DNA of 64,000 nucleotides from Candidatus Krumholzibacteriia bacterium (GTDB lineage Bacteria; Krumholzibacteriota; Krumholzibacteriia; Krumholzibacteriales; Krumholzibacteriaceae): NCBI GenBank assembly GCA_023131975.1, contig JAGLYV010000077.1, positions 24,546 to 88,545 of the forward strand, read 5' to 3'. Shown piece by piece: positions 51,979 to 60,184 of this stretch (position 1 is its first letter; each line of letters starts with the position of its first letter). The notes under the pieces were generated by a model. It saw only the letters and a program-made list of their open reading frames with translations, ran no database searches and was not told where the DNA came from. The position numbers and the translations under genes were made by a program.

Positions 51979-52024
51979 TATATAAAAAGGGAATAGCTTT
52001 AAAAAGCCGTTCCCTTTTTATATA
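51979..52024. terminator. Bidirectional intrinsic terminator
   Basis: Perfect 15-bp inverted repeat TATATAAAAAGGGAA...TTCCCTTTTTATATA giving a U tract on each strand. Confidence 0.8.
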
Positions 52025-52160
52025 AAACGAGGTTAGCTATCTCCACATTGCTTCACGTGTCATGACCAACCTAAGGCCTGAGCAGCAAGATCGCTCCGCT
52101 AAAAGATAGGCTTGGAGCTGATCGATCACGATCGCGTAGAAATCAGCTATTGCCCCGTTT
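52025..52160 (-). ncRNA. Candidate ~136-nt rod-like non-coding RNA of unknown family
   Basis: Begins 7 nt after a consensus -10 and ends at the bidirectional terminator; 5' and 3' ends pair and nested stems continue to an apical loop; G-U pairs work only on the - strand. Confidence 0.7.
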
Positions 52161-52166
52161 GTCCTG

Positions 52167-52194
52167 ATTATATGGGACGCGGAACGTATGTCAA
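52167..52194 (-). promoter_or_regulatory. Consensus sigma70 promoter driving the candidate ncRNA
   Basis: TTGACA (52194-52189)-N16-TATAAT (52172-52167), with an AT-rich UP-like tract upstream. Confidence 0.85.
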
Positions 52195-52302
52195 GGAATA
52201 AAATGAAATATTTATCAAATTCTAATATGTTTATTATCAAAAGACTAGGTAGTTATATTCATAAATCACATCAATAATATCAAGGTAGGCGCAAAAGGTA
52301 TT

Positions 52303-52344
52303 AAAATGAAACATTCCCGCCGATACACCCTATACCGACGGGAA
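52303..52344 (-). terminator. Intrinsic terminator downstream of the small ORF
   Basis: UUCCCGUCGGUAUA-GGG-UGUAUCGGCGGGAA (14 bp, 3 G-U) then UGUUUCAUUUU. Confidence 0.75.
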
Positions 52345-52371
52345 CATTTATAGAATAGGACCGAGATATCG

Positions 52372-52419
52372 TTAACGCAGCCACCAGAATAAATCGATTA
52401 TCAGCATAATGGGCAGCAT
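52372..52419 (-). CDS. Candidate 15-aa hydrophobic peptide MLPIMLIIDLFWWLR
   Basis: ATG preceded by GGAGGTGAT (52432-52424; GGAGG 8 nt before ATG); TAA stop; followed by a terminator. Confidence 0.65.
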   Translation of the reverse strand: MLPIMLIIDLFWWLR

Positions 52420-52498
52420 GGCAATCACCTCCGTATTCCTGAACAACTGCTTCTCGGTTTCAATTAACTGATCGGATCATCCGATTATAAAGTTTAGC

Positions 52499-52515
52499 TG
52501 CATTAAGTGTGCCGA
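52499..52515 (-). promoter_or_regulatory. Candidate sigma54 (-24/-12) promoter for the small ORF
   Basis: TCGGCACACTTAATGCA has GG-N10-GC and is close to consensus YTGGCACGNNNNTTGCW. Confidence 0.6.
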
Positions 52516-52728
52516 AAGCGTATATCGCTTCGCCTCGCCTGATATATCAGACGAGGCGTCCCCATTCTACGTTAAAATATATAGTTAGGCGGATAGATAA
52601 ACCGGCTAAGGTATACAGGATATATTACGCTAATTGTATTGTGGCGTATATTCTACCGGATGGGGGTCCTTTATGCTTGCGTTCCGCATTGATGCGATTC
52701 TCATTTTTAAGTTCCCAGTAATTCCTGT

Positions 52729-55260
52729 CTATGTATCAGAGTTACCGCTGGATGCAAATTCCTCCCTGAAATCATCAGATACTTCTTTTGATTTCTCGTT
52801 GCGTTTCAGAATGACTATAGTCATGTCATCCTTGTAAAGGCCCTCTCCGAAAGACATCAGATTGTCATAGAGCGACTCTATCATCTCATCTGCATCGACA
52901 GATGAATGCTCCTGTAGGAATCCTGCAAGCCGTGTTTCGCCGAAATATTCTTCTCTTGAATTCTCCTGATCGATGATCCCATCTGTATAGATCGCCAGGA
53001 TATCGTTCTTTCTCAGCTTGATCATTCCCTCCTGATAAACCGATTCGGGGTCAACACCTACCAGGATACCACCCCTCTTCAACTGAATGACTGTCCCATC
53101 ACTTCTAATCAACAGGGGAGGGAAGGAGCCGCCGTTACAATAATGAAGAAGTCCGTTACAGTCATCATATACAGCGTAGAAGAATGTAGCGAATTTACTT
53201 ACTTCACTTCTGATATAGAGTGATTTATTCAAAGCGGAAAGGACTTCTCCCGGAGATCTGTCCTCGGTGGCTTCGGCGCGGAAAGATGCCTGGAGAGTCG
53301 TCATCAGTAATGATGCCGGGATACCTTTCCCGGAAACGTCGGCCACAGCGACACCGATCTTCCCGTTATCGAATTCAACGAAATCATAGAAATCCCCACC
53401 CACTTCGCGACAGTTTCTCAATCGCCCCTTTATTGTGGAGTGTTTGAGAAGTGGGGGGGCTTCGGGAAGCAGCCGCTGCTGTATCTTGCTGGCCAGATGG
53501 ACTTCTTTCTCCAACTTCTCTTTTTCCTTCGATACGTTGAATAACACATTACTCCTGATTGCGGCAGCGCTTCTTTCTCCGAGGATTTCGAGCATCTCCG
53601 CGTCCGCGCCGTCAAAAGGCTTACCCGATTTTTTTCGTCCTATTATTATTAACCCCGGCATCTCGTTCTGCTCGACCATCGGTATGACAACGGAAATGTG
53701 AACCATCGATATCAATTCCAGTGAGATCCTGTCGAGATTATTCATGGTCCAGAGGCTGTCGAAGCATTCCACCATCACTGGTTGCCTCCCGACCCGGGCT
53801 ATCCTTATCAATTTCATACTTGAGGGCAGGGAGGTAAGTGGCAGAACAGTCTTTTCGGGTCGACTCTTTCTCCTGACGTATGTATCCGTGTCTTTTTCGA
53901 ACGTAAAGATATGGACATATTCCGGTGTGAACATCTCGTATATCTCTTTAGCAGTGAAGTCGGCTATCTCCTCCTGAGATGAGAGAAACTGGATCCGTCT
54001 TGAGAACTCGATCATCCTTTCCCTGAATTTCCGTCTGTTTCTGAAAAAGACCCAGTCCACAAAATGAATGATGCCAGCACGTGCCATCACAAAGGCGATA
54101 ACAGCAAGCATGAGCACTATCGTCAGCATCGAAAGTTGCTTTCCATCTGGTAAGCCCGGGAATCTTTCAAAGATATCTCGGGCGAATAAATAGATCATGC
54201 TCCCCAGGACCGCTGGCACAAGGACATAGGCCAGACCCGTTTTGAAGACGACCCTCATGTCGAACGCGTCATGTCTGAGGATAGCGTAGGCGAAAGAAAT
54301 CGGCATGAGGGACAGGAACACCATCGAAAAAGTATCAAAAGGTATATCGAGAGAGGGAGCAAACTGCCTGATAAGCATAACGAAAGTAGCGGGAGCAGTG
54401 CCGGCTATCAGGCCTATTGTGGCGATCCTGAATTTGACCCTCTGAACTTTGTCCGACGTCATATAGGTCCTGATAAAGAGGGAGACTCCTCCGGTCATAT
54501 AGACAAGCCAGTAAACTGACGCTATTCCATTGAATCCAAGCAGTATGAATGAAGGCAGTTCCATCGAATAATTAACAAGCGCGAGGACAAACATCGATAG
54601 AAAGATCAGTACCGGAGCAACATACAGGCTTCTCTCGATAGTAGACCGCTTGGTTCCGGCATGTATCTCCTTTCCCGGAAAAATCAGGAAGAGATGCAGG
54701 AACACAGCGGGTAAAAAAGCAAAAACCCCGTCATAAAACACTTCTCCGATCACATGGAGCAGGTTAATAGAGGTAGAAGGCCTTTGCGTAAGCAGAAATG
54801 CAAACAGGAGGCAGTTGAATGCATAAAGGCGCCCCAGGACATCCTGCCTTTTATAGATCACGTATGAGCCTACGACCATAAAAATCAGAGCTGTCAGAGA
54901 AAGGGCTATCTTTCGAGAAGTCTTGTTACCAGGCTGGTCTATGGTATCTATTTCCAGATCGAACATAGAGTCAGCCCTGACAATCGTAAAAACCTGGGAA
55001 GAAAAGGGAGTGTTGGAACGTGTCAGATATTTGAAATGAATTATGTTCCTGGGCCGAATACCGTTGACAGCCACTACCCGGTCACCTGCTACCAGGTCTT
55101 TTTCGGCGTTGGGACTCTCTTTTTCAAATTCCAGAAAGACAAGGTTATTGTGACGGATCCCGTGGTAGGGTGCTCTGGTAAAATCCGCAAGGCCAAAAAG
55201 ATCCAGGATAGTAATAAGAAAGGCGGTTACCACCAGAGCGATTCTCAGAGTCCTGGTCAC
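52729..55260 (-). CDS. Membrane sensor PP2C/SpoIIE (RsbU-like) phosphatase: PDZ - multi-TM - GAF - PP2C
   Basis: PDZ-like SPNA..LVAGDRVVAVNG; ~8 TM helices; GAF; VGGDFYD, ADVSGKG, YTDGIID, DDMT; GTG start after AAGGAG. Confidence 0.88.
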   Translation of the reverse strand: MTRTLRIALVVTAFLITILDLFGLADFTRAPYHGIRHNNLVFLEFEKESPNAEKDLVAGDRVVAVNGIRPRNIIHFKYLTRSNTPFSSQVFTIVRADSMFDLEIDTIDQPGNKTSRKIALSLTALIFMVVGSYVIYKRQDVLGRLYAFNCLLFAFLLTQRPSTSINLLHVIGEVFYDGVFAFLPAVFLHLFLIFPGKEIHAGTKRSTIERSLYVAPVLIFLSMFVLALVNYSMELPSFILLGFNGIASVYWLVYMTGGVSLFIRTYMTSDKVQRVKFRIATIGLIAGTAPATFVMLIRQFAPSLDIPFDTFSMVFLSLMPISFAYAILRHDAFDMRVVFKTGLAYVLVPAVLGSMIYLFARDIFERFPGLPDGKQLSMLTIVLMLAVIAFVMARAGIIHFVDWVFFRNRRKFRERMIEFSRRIQFLSSQEEIADFTAKEIYEMFTPEYVHIFTFEKDTDTYVRRKSRPEKTVLPLTSLPSSMKLIRIARVGRQPVMVECFDSLWTMNNLDRISLELISMVHISVVIPMVEQNEMPGLIIIGRKKSGKPFDGADAEMLEILGERSAAAIRSNVLFNVSKEKEKLEKEVHLASKIQQRLLPEAPPLLKHSTIKGRLRNCREVGGDFYDFVEFDNGKIGVAVADVSGKGIPASLLMTTLQASFRAEATEDRSPGEVLSALNKSLYIRSEVSKFATFFYAVYDDCNGLLHYCNGGSFPPLLIRSDGTVIQLKRGGILVGVDPESVYQEGMIKLRKNDILAIYTDGIIDQENSREEYFGETRLAGFLQEHSSVDADEMIESLYDNLMSFGEGLYKDDMTIVILKRNEKSKEVSDDFREEFASSGNSDT

Positions 55261-55418
55261 ACATTCTCCTTTCTCTACCGGTTTTGCGATGAGTCTCGCA
55301 GAATGGCTTCCGCGCTGTCAATCCAAATATCAATAGGGGAGGGGGGGAAGATGGCATATATTTCCCTTGAATAAATGAACCGGGAAGTGTTAATTATGTC
55401 TAAAAGGAGGTATGGGAA

Positions 55419-56087
55419 GTGTCTCATAACAAGTTATCAAGACATGAATTGAAAGAAGATGGTTTTGTCACGTTTGTTCTCGAGGCCCGGGAATACATGA
55501 GGGAGAATCAGAACAAGCTTTTCGCCGGCCTCATCGTTCTTATTGTTGTCGTTGCCGGAGCGATCTGGATGAACAACTCCAGGATGCAGGCAAGAGAGAG
55601 TGCCGAGGCACAATTCTCCGAAGCACTTGCATCTTACGGTGCCGGACAGATCAAGACAGCAGAAGAGATGTTCAAGATAATCGATGATCGATTCGGAAGT
55701 CTGGAACAGGGAGTCTGCTCTCTTTACTTCCTTGGAAAGATCGCTCTTGCCGAGGGAAGAAATACCGAGGCTACAGCCTATTTCGAAGAATACATCTCCA
55801 TGAGTTCGAAGTATCCTTTCTTCAGGGATCCGGCACGGGAGGGCCTGGCGGTTTCGTATGAGAACGCTCGGGATTACGTCAAGGCATCCGAGATATACCT
55901 TGAACTTTCCGAAGACCTCTCGTCAAATAAGTTCATGGGAGAGACCTACCTCGAAAGAGCTGCCGACAACCTGCAACTTGCCAATCAGAGGACCAGGGCC
56001 ATTGAAGTCCTTGAGAAGCTCGTAGAGATGACAAGTGGTGAGAAGCGTCGAAACCTGGAGATCCAGCTGGATCTTCTGCGGGGATAA
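55419..56087 (+). CDS. YfgM-like membrane-anchored TPR protein
   Basis: LSRHELKEDGFV N-terminus, one TM helix, TPR repeats; AAGGAGGT SD before GTG. Confidence 0.75.
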   Translation: MSHNKLSRHELKEDGFVTFVLEAREYMRENQNKLFAGLIVLIVVVAGAIWMNNSRMQARESAEAQFSEALASYGAGQIKTAEEMFKIIDDRFGSLEQGVCSLYFLGKIALAEGRNTEATAYFEEYISMSSKYPFFRDPAREGLAVSYENARDYVKASEIYLELSEDLSSNKFMGETYLERAADNLQLANQRTRAIEVLEKLVEMTSGEKRRNLEIQLDLLRG

Positions 56088-56089
56088 TC

Positions 56090-56494
56090 ATGGACGAAAA
56101 CATGAACACCAAGTTGCCCGAGGTCAGCACCCACGAACCTTCCGAGCGATCCAGATGGATTGCCGCTTTGAGCTATGTCGGGTTTCTCTGCTTCTTTTCT
56201 CTGTGGAAGTCGAAGAACGATCCGTTCGTGAAATATCATGCGAGGCAGGGATTCTTGCTACTCCTTGGAGAATGTATTATCTTGATCATGACGGTCATCC
56301 TCGATCTGACAATCGGACGCCTGAGGTTTATCGGGGTGCTGATAGTCGGATTGATTCAACTGATAGCAGGGCTTGGCGCGTTAACATTATCTGTCATCGG
56401 CTTCGTAAAAGCTCTGTTTGGAGAGTACTGGCACCTGCCGTTTTTCGGTGATTACAGAGAGAAGATCCCCGGTTTTCATAAGGAAGTGTCATAA
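56090..56494 (+). CDS. DUF4870-like small membrane protein
   Basis: AALSY...FVKYHARQG...LPFFG, three TM segments. Confidence 0.75.
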   Translation: MDENMNTKLPEVSTHEPSERSRWIAALSYVGFLCFFSLWKSKNDPFVKYHARQGFLLLLGECIILIMTVILDLTIGRLRFIGVLIVGLIQLIAGLGALTLSVIGFVKALFGEYWHLPFFGDYREKIPGFHKEVS

Positions 56495-56501
56495 GTTTTT
56501 C

Positions 56502-56531
56502 TTGACACTATTAACCGCGGGTGGGTAACCT
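56502..56531 (+). promoter_or_regulatory. sigma70-type promoter for the secreted protein gene
   Basis: TTGACA-N18-TAACCT. Confidence 0.55.
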
Positions 56532-56601
56532 ACGGCAGAAATAAAGATTATCGGGCGACTTGAGACATTTGGTATTTGGGAATCCTTAAGGAGGGTTTAA
56601 G

Positions 56602-57180
56602 ATGAAGAAACTGTCAATAATTGCCATTCTTGTATTGATGACAGCATCAGCAGTATCAGCACATGACGGTTCTATCGGTATTTATACCAGTAAACTTGCC
56701 ACAGATTGTGATGGTGATGTTCCCCCGTTCACACCTTATGATGTTTATATCATGTATTTCAGAAGTACCAGCGGCCCCGACGGAATAACCGCCGCAGAAT
56801 TCAGGGTTGAGATCTCAGCTCCAGCAACCATCTTGATATCACAAACAACGTGGAATCCCAGCATTCTTACAAACGGTTCTATCACCACCGGTGTCGCCGT
56901 GACATTCCAGGGTGTGACCTGCTACGGGCCTGGTCAGGAGCTGATATACCTGGCTACACTTCAGCTCATGGATATTGCTGGAACACCCGCCGGATGGACG
57001 GTACGGATCCTCGGGGATCCGAGATCGAGCACGGGAACCGGGCTGAATGTCGCGATCTGTGATGAATTCAAGACTATGGCCCCGGTGCTTGGCGGCTGGT
57101 TTGTGGGAGAAGAGGGCGGATGTAACATCGGCGCGGAATCGAGGACATGGGGAGCCGTAAAAAGCCTCTACAATCAGTAA
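56602..57180 (+). CDS. Secreted beta-rich (cohesin/Ig-like) protein with C-terminal TWGAVKSLY motif
   Basis: Sec signal MKKLSIIAILVLMTASAVSA; 4 Cys; AAGGAG SD; appears monocistronic. Confidence 0.8.
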   Translation: MKKLSIIAILVLMTASAVSAHDGSIGIYTSKLATDCDGDVPPFTPYDVYIMYFRSTSGPDGITAAEFRVEISAPATILISQTTWNPSILTNGSITTGVAVTFQGVTCYGPGQELIYLATLQLMDIAGTPAGWTVRILGDPRSSTGTGLNVAICDEFKTMAPVLGGWFVGEEGGCNIGAESRTWGAVKSLYNQ

Positions 57181-57191
57181 GTGATAATCGT

Positions 57192-57230
57192 AAAGCCCGG
57201 GGGAGCGTAGAAACCCCGGGTTTTCTATTT
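57192..57230 (+). terminator. Intrinsic terminator
   Basis: GCCCGGGG...CCCCGGGT followed by TTTCTATTT. Confidence 0.75.
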
Positions 57231-57317
57231 ACGCAATAAATGGCGTATAATATATATTATGTTAACCAATTACAATAAGCTTTTGCTGGCTAAGTGCTGC
57301 ATCTAGTTGTGTATTAA

Positions 57318-59822
57318 TCAGTTAGCTACGATATTGACGAGTTTTCCAGGAATCGTTATTACTTTCCTGACTATCTTTCCCTCGATAAAAGATATTATCT
57401 TGGGGTCTTCAAGCGCTCGTCTTTCAAGATCTTTCTTATCGAGATCCTTTTCAACATCGATACGTGATCTGATCTTTCCATTGACTTGTAATACCAGTGT
57501 GTACGTATCGGCTCTCAGATATTTCTCGTCGGCCACAGGAAGGCCTTCTTTAAATATTGTCTCACCATGCCCGGTCCGTTCCCAGATCTCCTCGCAAATA
57601 TGAGGTGCCATCGGAGAAAGCAAAATAACCAGGTTCTTCATCGAATACCTGAAAAGAGCGATTGAATCTTCGTTTCCTGACTTGAACCCATCATTCTCGT
57701 CAACATACAGATAAAGGCTGTTCGTGAGCTCCATAAGAGCGCTTATCGCGGTATTAAAGTGAAATGATCCGCCCAGGATGTCATCTTTTACCCTTTGGAT
57801 AGTCTGTTGTGTCTTACGGTATACTTCGATATGGTCTTCGTCAAGTTTCGCGGGATCGGGGCATTCTTTATCGCTGGAACCAAACAGTCCATTATATTTT
57901 TCGTAGAGTCTCCAGACGCGATTAATAAACCTGAAAGCGCCTTCAACAGACCGATCGTTCCATTCTGCATCCTTTTCAGGTGGTCCAATAAAAAGGGTAT
58001 AGACTCTGACCGTATCAGCACCGTATTTTTCGATCAGGGGATTCGGATCTACCGTGTTTCCGGCGCTCTTCGACATCTTTGAGCCATTTCGAGTTATCAT
58101 CCCCTGGGTAAAGAGATTCGAAAAAGGTTCATCGAAATCGATATGTCCCGCGTCCCTGAGGAATTTCACAATGAATCTTGAGTAAAGCAGGTGCAGGATA
58201 GCATGTTCTATCCCACCGACATATTGATTGACGGGGAGCCATCTATTCACTAAATCCCTGTCGAAAGGTTTTTCGTCGTCATTCGGAGACATATATCTCA
58301 GGAAATACCAGCTCGAATCGACAAAGGTATCCATAGTATCTGTATCCCTGCGCGCGTCTCCGCCGCAACGGGGGCATATCGTCTTTACAAACTCATCTGA
58401 TGCTGCAAGGGGACTTTTCCCATCTCCACGCGGCATAAAATCGACATCATCCGGAAGGATCACCGGAAGATCTTTTTCTGGTACAGGTACAGCGCCGCAC
58501 GAATCGCAATGAATCATGGGAATAGGAGCTCCCCAATATCTCTGTCTTGAGATCAGCCAGTCCTTAAGCCGGTAATGAACGACTCTCCACGCCAGTCCCT
58601 GCGCCGAAAGTTCATCTGTGATCTTTTCCATGGCGACACGGTTTTCAAGGCCGTTATATTCGCCTGAATTAATCATTATGCCGTCATCGAGGAAGGCTTT
58701 ATCCAGTTCTCCATCTTCTTTCGTGCTGGAGGCAATGACCTGTATCACCGGAATCTCAATCGGAGAATCCTGGACAAATTCGAAATCCCTCTGGTCATGA
58801 GCCGGTACACCCATGACAACGCCTGTTCCGTAATCCATAAGAACGTAACTGGCCAGAAAAACGGGGATATTCTTTCCCGTCGAAGGGTTGACCGCGTAAC
58901 ATCCGGTAAAGAAACCTTCTTTCGTATTTTCCGTCTTTTCTCTCTCCTGGAGCCTGAGCTGTTTCGCGTGCTCTATAAAGCTTTTGCCCTCTTTCTCGCG
59001 CCAGCCTTTTTTAATCAATTCTTCGGCCAGAGGATGATCGGCGGCTATAACGATAAAAGTCGCCCCGGGAATAGTATCGACTCGTGTAGTAAAACAGTTC
59101 AGGACTTCATCAGACTCCACCAGCTTAAATGCCACTTCCACGCCTTCACTCCTGCCGATCCAGTTTCGCTGCATCGTACAGACTCTGCCCGGCCAGTCTT
59201 TGAGGATATCAAGATCATCAAGAAGCTTATCCGCGTAGATGGTGATCCTGAAAAACCACTGTTTCAGTTTTTTCAATTCTATCTGGGATTTGCAACGTTC
59301 ACATTCACCACCGACTACTTGCTCGTTGGCGAGCACAGTGGCACATGACGGACACCAGTTGACGGATGCTTCCTCCTGGTAAGCGAGATTCGCCTTAAAG
59401 AGCTGTGTAAACAGCCATTGAGTCCATTTGTAGTAATCTGGCCGGCACGACGCGATCTCTCTTGACCAGTCATACATGACACCCCATTTGGCGAACTGCC
59501 TCTTCATATTAGCTATATTATCTTCTGTCCAGGTCGAAGGTTTGATCTTGTTCTTGATCGCGGCATTTTCAGCAGGCAATCCGAAAGAGTCCCATCCCAT
59601 AGGTGCGAGGACGTTCATGCCCTCCATCATCTTTATCCTGGCCAGAGCGTCTCCGATTATATAATTTCTGCCGTGTCCGACATGCAGATTTCCTGAAGGA
59701 TATGGAAACATCATCAGGCAATAAAACTTTTTGTCCGTATCGTCGAGATCACATCTGAAAAGTTCTTCCCAGCGTTCCTGCCATTTTTTATCGATTTCCA
59801 TGAATGGAAAAAAATCTTTCAT
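57318..59822 (-). CDS. leuS: Leucyl-tRNA synthetase
   Basis: [52 protein letters not shown]; ATG overlaps the upstream TGA. Confidence 0.99.
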   Translation of the reverse strand: MKDFFPFMEIDKKWQERWEELFRCDLDDTDKKFYCLMMFPYPSGNLHVGHGRNYIIGDALARIKMMEGMNVLAPMGWDSFGLPAENAAIKNKIKPSTWTEDNIANMKRQFAKWGVMYDWSREIASCRPDYYKWTQWLFTQLFKANLAYQEEASVNWCPSCATVLANEQVVGGECERCKSQIELKKLKQWFFRITIYADKLLDDLDILKDWPGRVCTMQRNWIGRSEGVEVAFKLVESDEVLNCFTTRVDTIPGATFIVIAADHPLAEELIKKGWREKEGKSFIEHAKQLRLQEREKTENTKEGFFTGCYAVNPSTGKNIPVFLASYVLMDYGTGVVMGVPAHDQRDFEFVQDSPIEIPVIQVIASSTKEDGELDKAFLDDGIMINSGEYNGLENRVAMEKITDELSAQGLAWRVVHYRLKDWLISRQRYWGAPIPMIHCDSCGAVPVPEKDLPVILPDDVDFMPRGDGKSPLAASDEFVKTICPRCGGDARRDTDTMDTFVDSSWYFLRYMSPNDDEKPFDRDLVNRWLPVNQYVGGIEHAILHLLYSRFIVKFLRDAGHIDFDEPFSNLFTQGMITRNGSKMSKSAGNTVDPNPLIEKYGADTVRVYTLFIGPPEKDAEWNDRSVEGAFRFINRVWRLYEKYNGLFGSSDKECPDPAKLDEDHIEVYRKTQQTIQRVKDDILGGSFHFNTAISALMELTNSLYLYVDENDGFKSGNEDSIALFRYSMKNLVILLSPMAPHICEEIWERTGHGETIFKEGLPVADEKYLRADTYTLVLQVNGKIRSRIDVEKDLDKKDLERRALEDPKIISFIEGKIVRKVITIPGKLVNIVAN

Positions 59823-60067
59823 CAATCCACATCCTTGAAATTCTTCATGTCAACAATCACATGATAATCATCTCCGGCTCTGTCGATCTCTGCCCGAGAT
59901 CCACGCTCATCGAAATAACCAAGTAATTCTTCCGCAACAACACTACCGGTTACGATAATTCGAAGATATCGCGTTTTTACATCGGCAAGTCTCTTTTTGA
60001 CAAGCAGAATCGCGGCCGGTGCCTTTAACCCCTTTGCGAGAAGTTTTTCCTCTTTGATGTCATTCAT
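59822..60067 (-). CDS. TusA/SirA-like fold protein lacking the catalytic Cys
   Basis: [31 protein letters not shown] aligns by eye to TusA LDxRGLxCPxPxLxxKKAL..LxVxxTD..YxFxI; start 60067 or 60112. Confidence 0.55.
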   Translation of the reverse strand: MNDIKEEKLLAKGLKAPAAILLVKKRLADVKTRYLRIIVTGSVVAEELLGYFDERGSRAEIDRAGDDYHVIVDMKNFKDVD

Positions 60068-60184
60068 TAGCTTCTGCTCCGTTTCCTTGCCGGGGGCAAC
60101 TTCCACCAGCATCTTCTATCTAGGGAAGATATGTCCTGCCTCCCCCACTCTCAAGAGGATTCGTCATTATCCCCACATCCAGAA

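Noticed and set aside
52025-52160. SRP RNA, retron msr-msd or a riboswitch as the identity of the rod RNA
   Set aside because: No SRP helix-8 motif, no reverse transcriptase in the window, and no downstream gene to regulate
52037-52240. 67-aa - strand ORF, including its terminal MTREAMWR segment
   Set aside because: No SD, TTG start, runs through the consensus promoter, and has no recognisable motif; the region is better explained as an ncRNA
52372-52419. Classical trp attenuator (WW leader plus terminator)
   Set aside because: No convincing antiterminator and no trp or other CDS downstream; kept only as a micro-peptide finding
52509-52837. Two + strand ORFs of 70 and 67 aa
   Set aside because: No RBS or recognisable motif; one is antisense to the PP2C gene
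57230-57260. TACGC..GCGTA inverted repeat resembling the one at 52626-52648
   Set aside because: Spacers differ (8 vs 13 nt) and the arms are only 5 bp; insufficient for a shared operator
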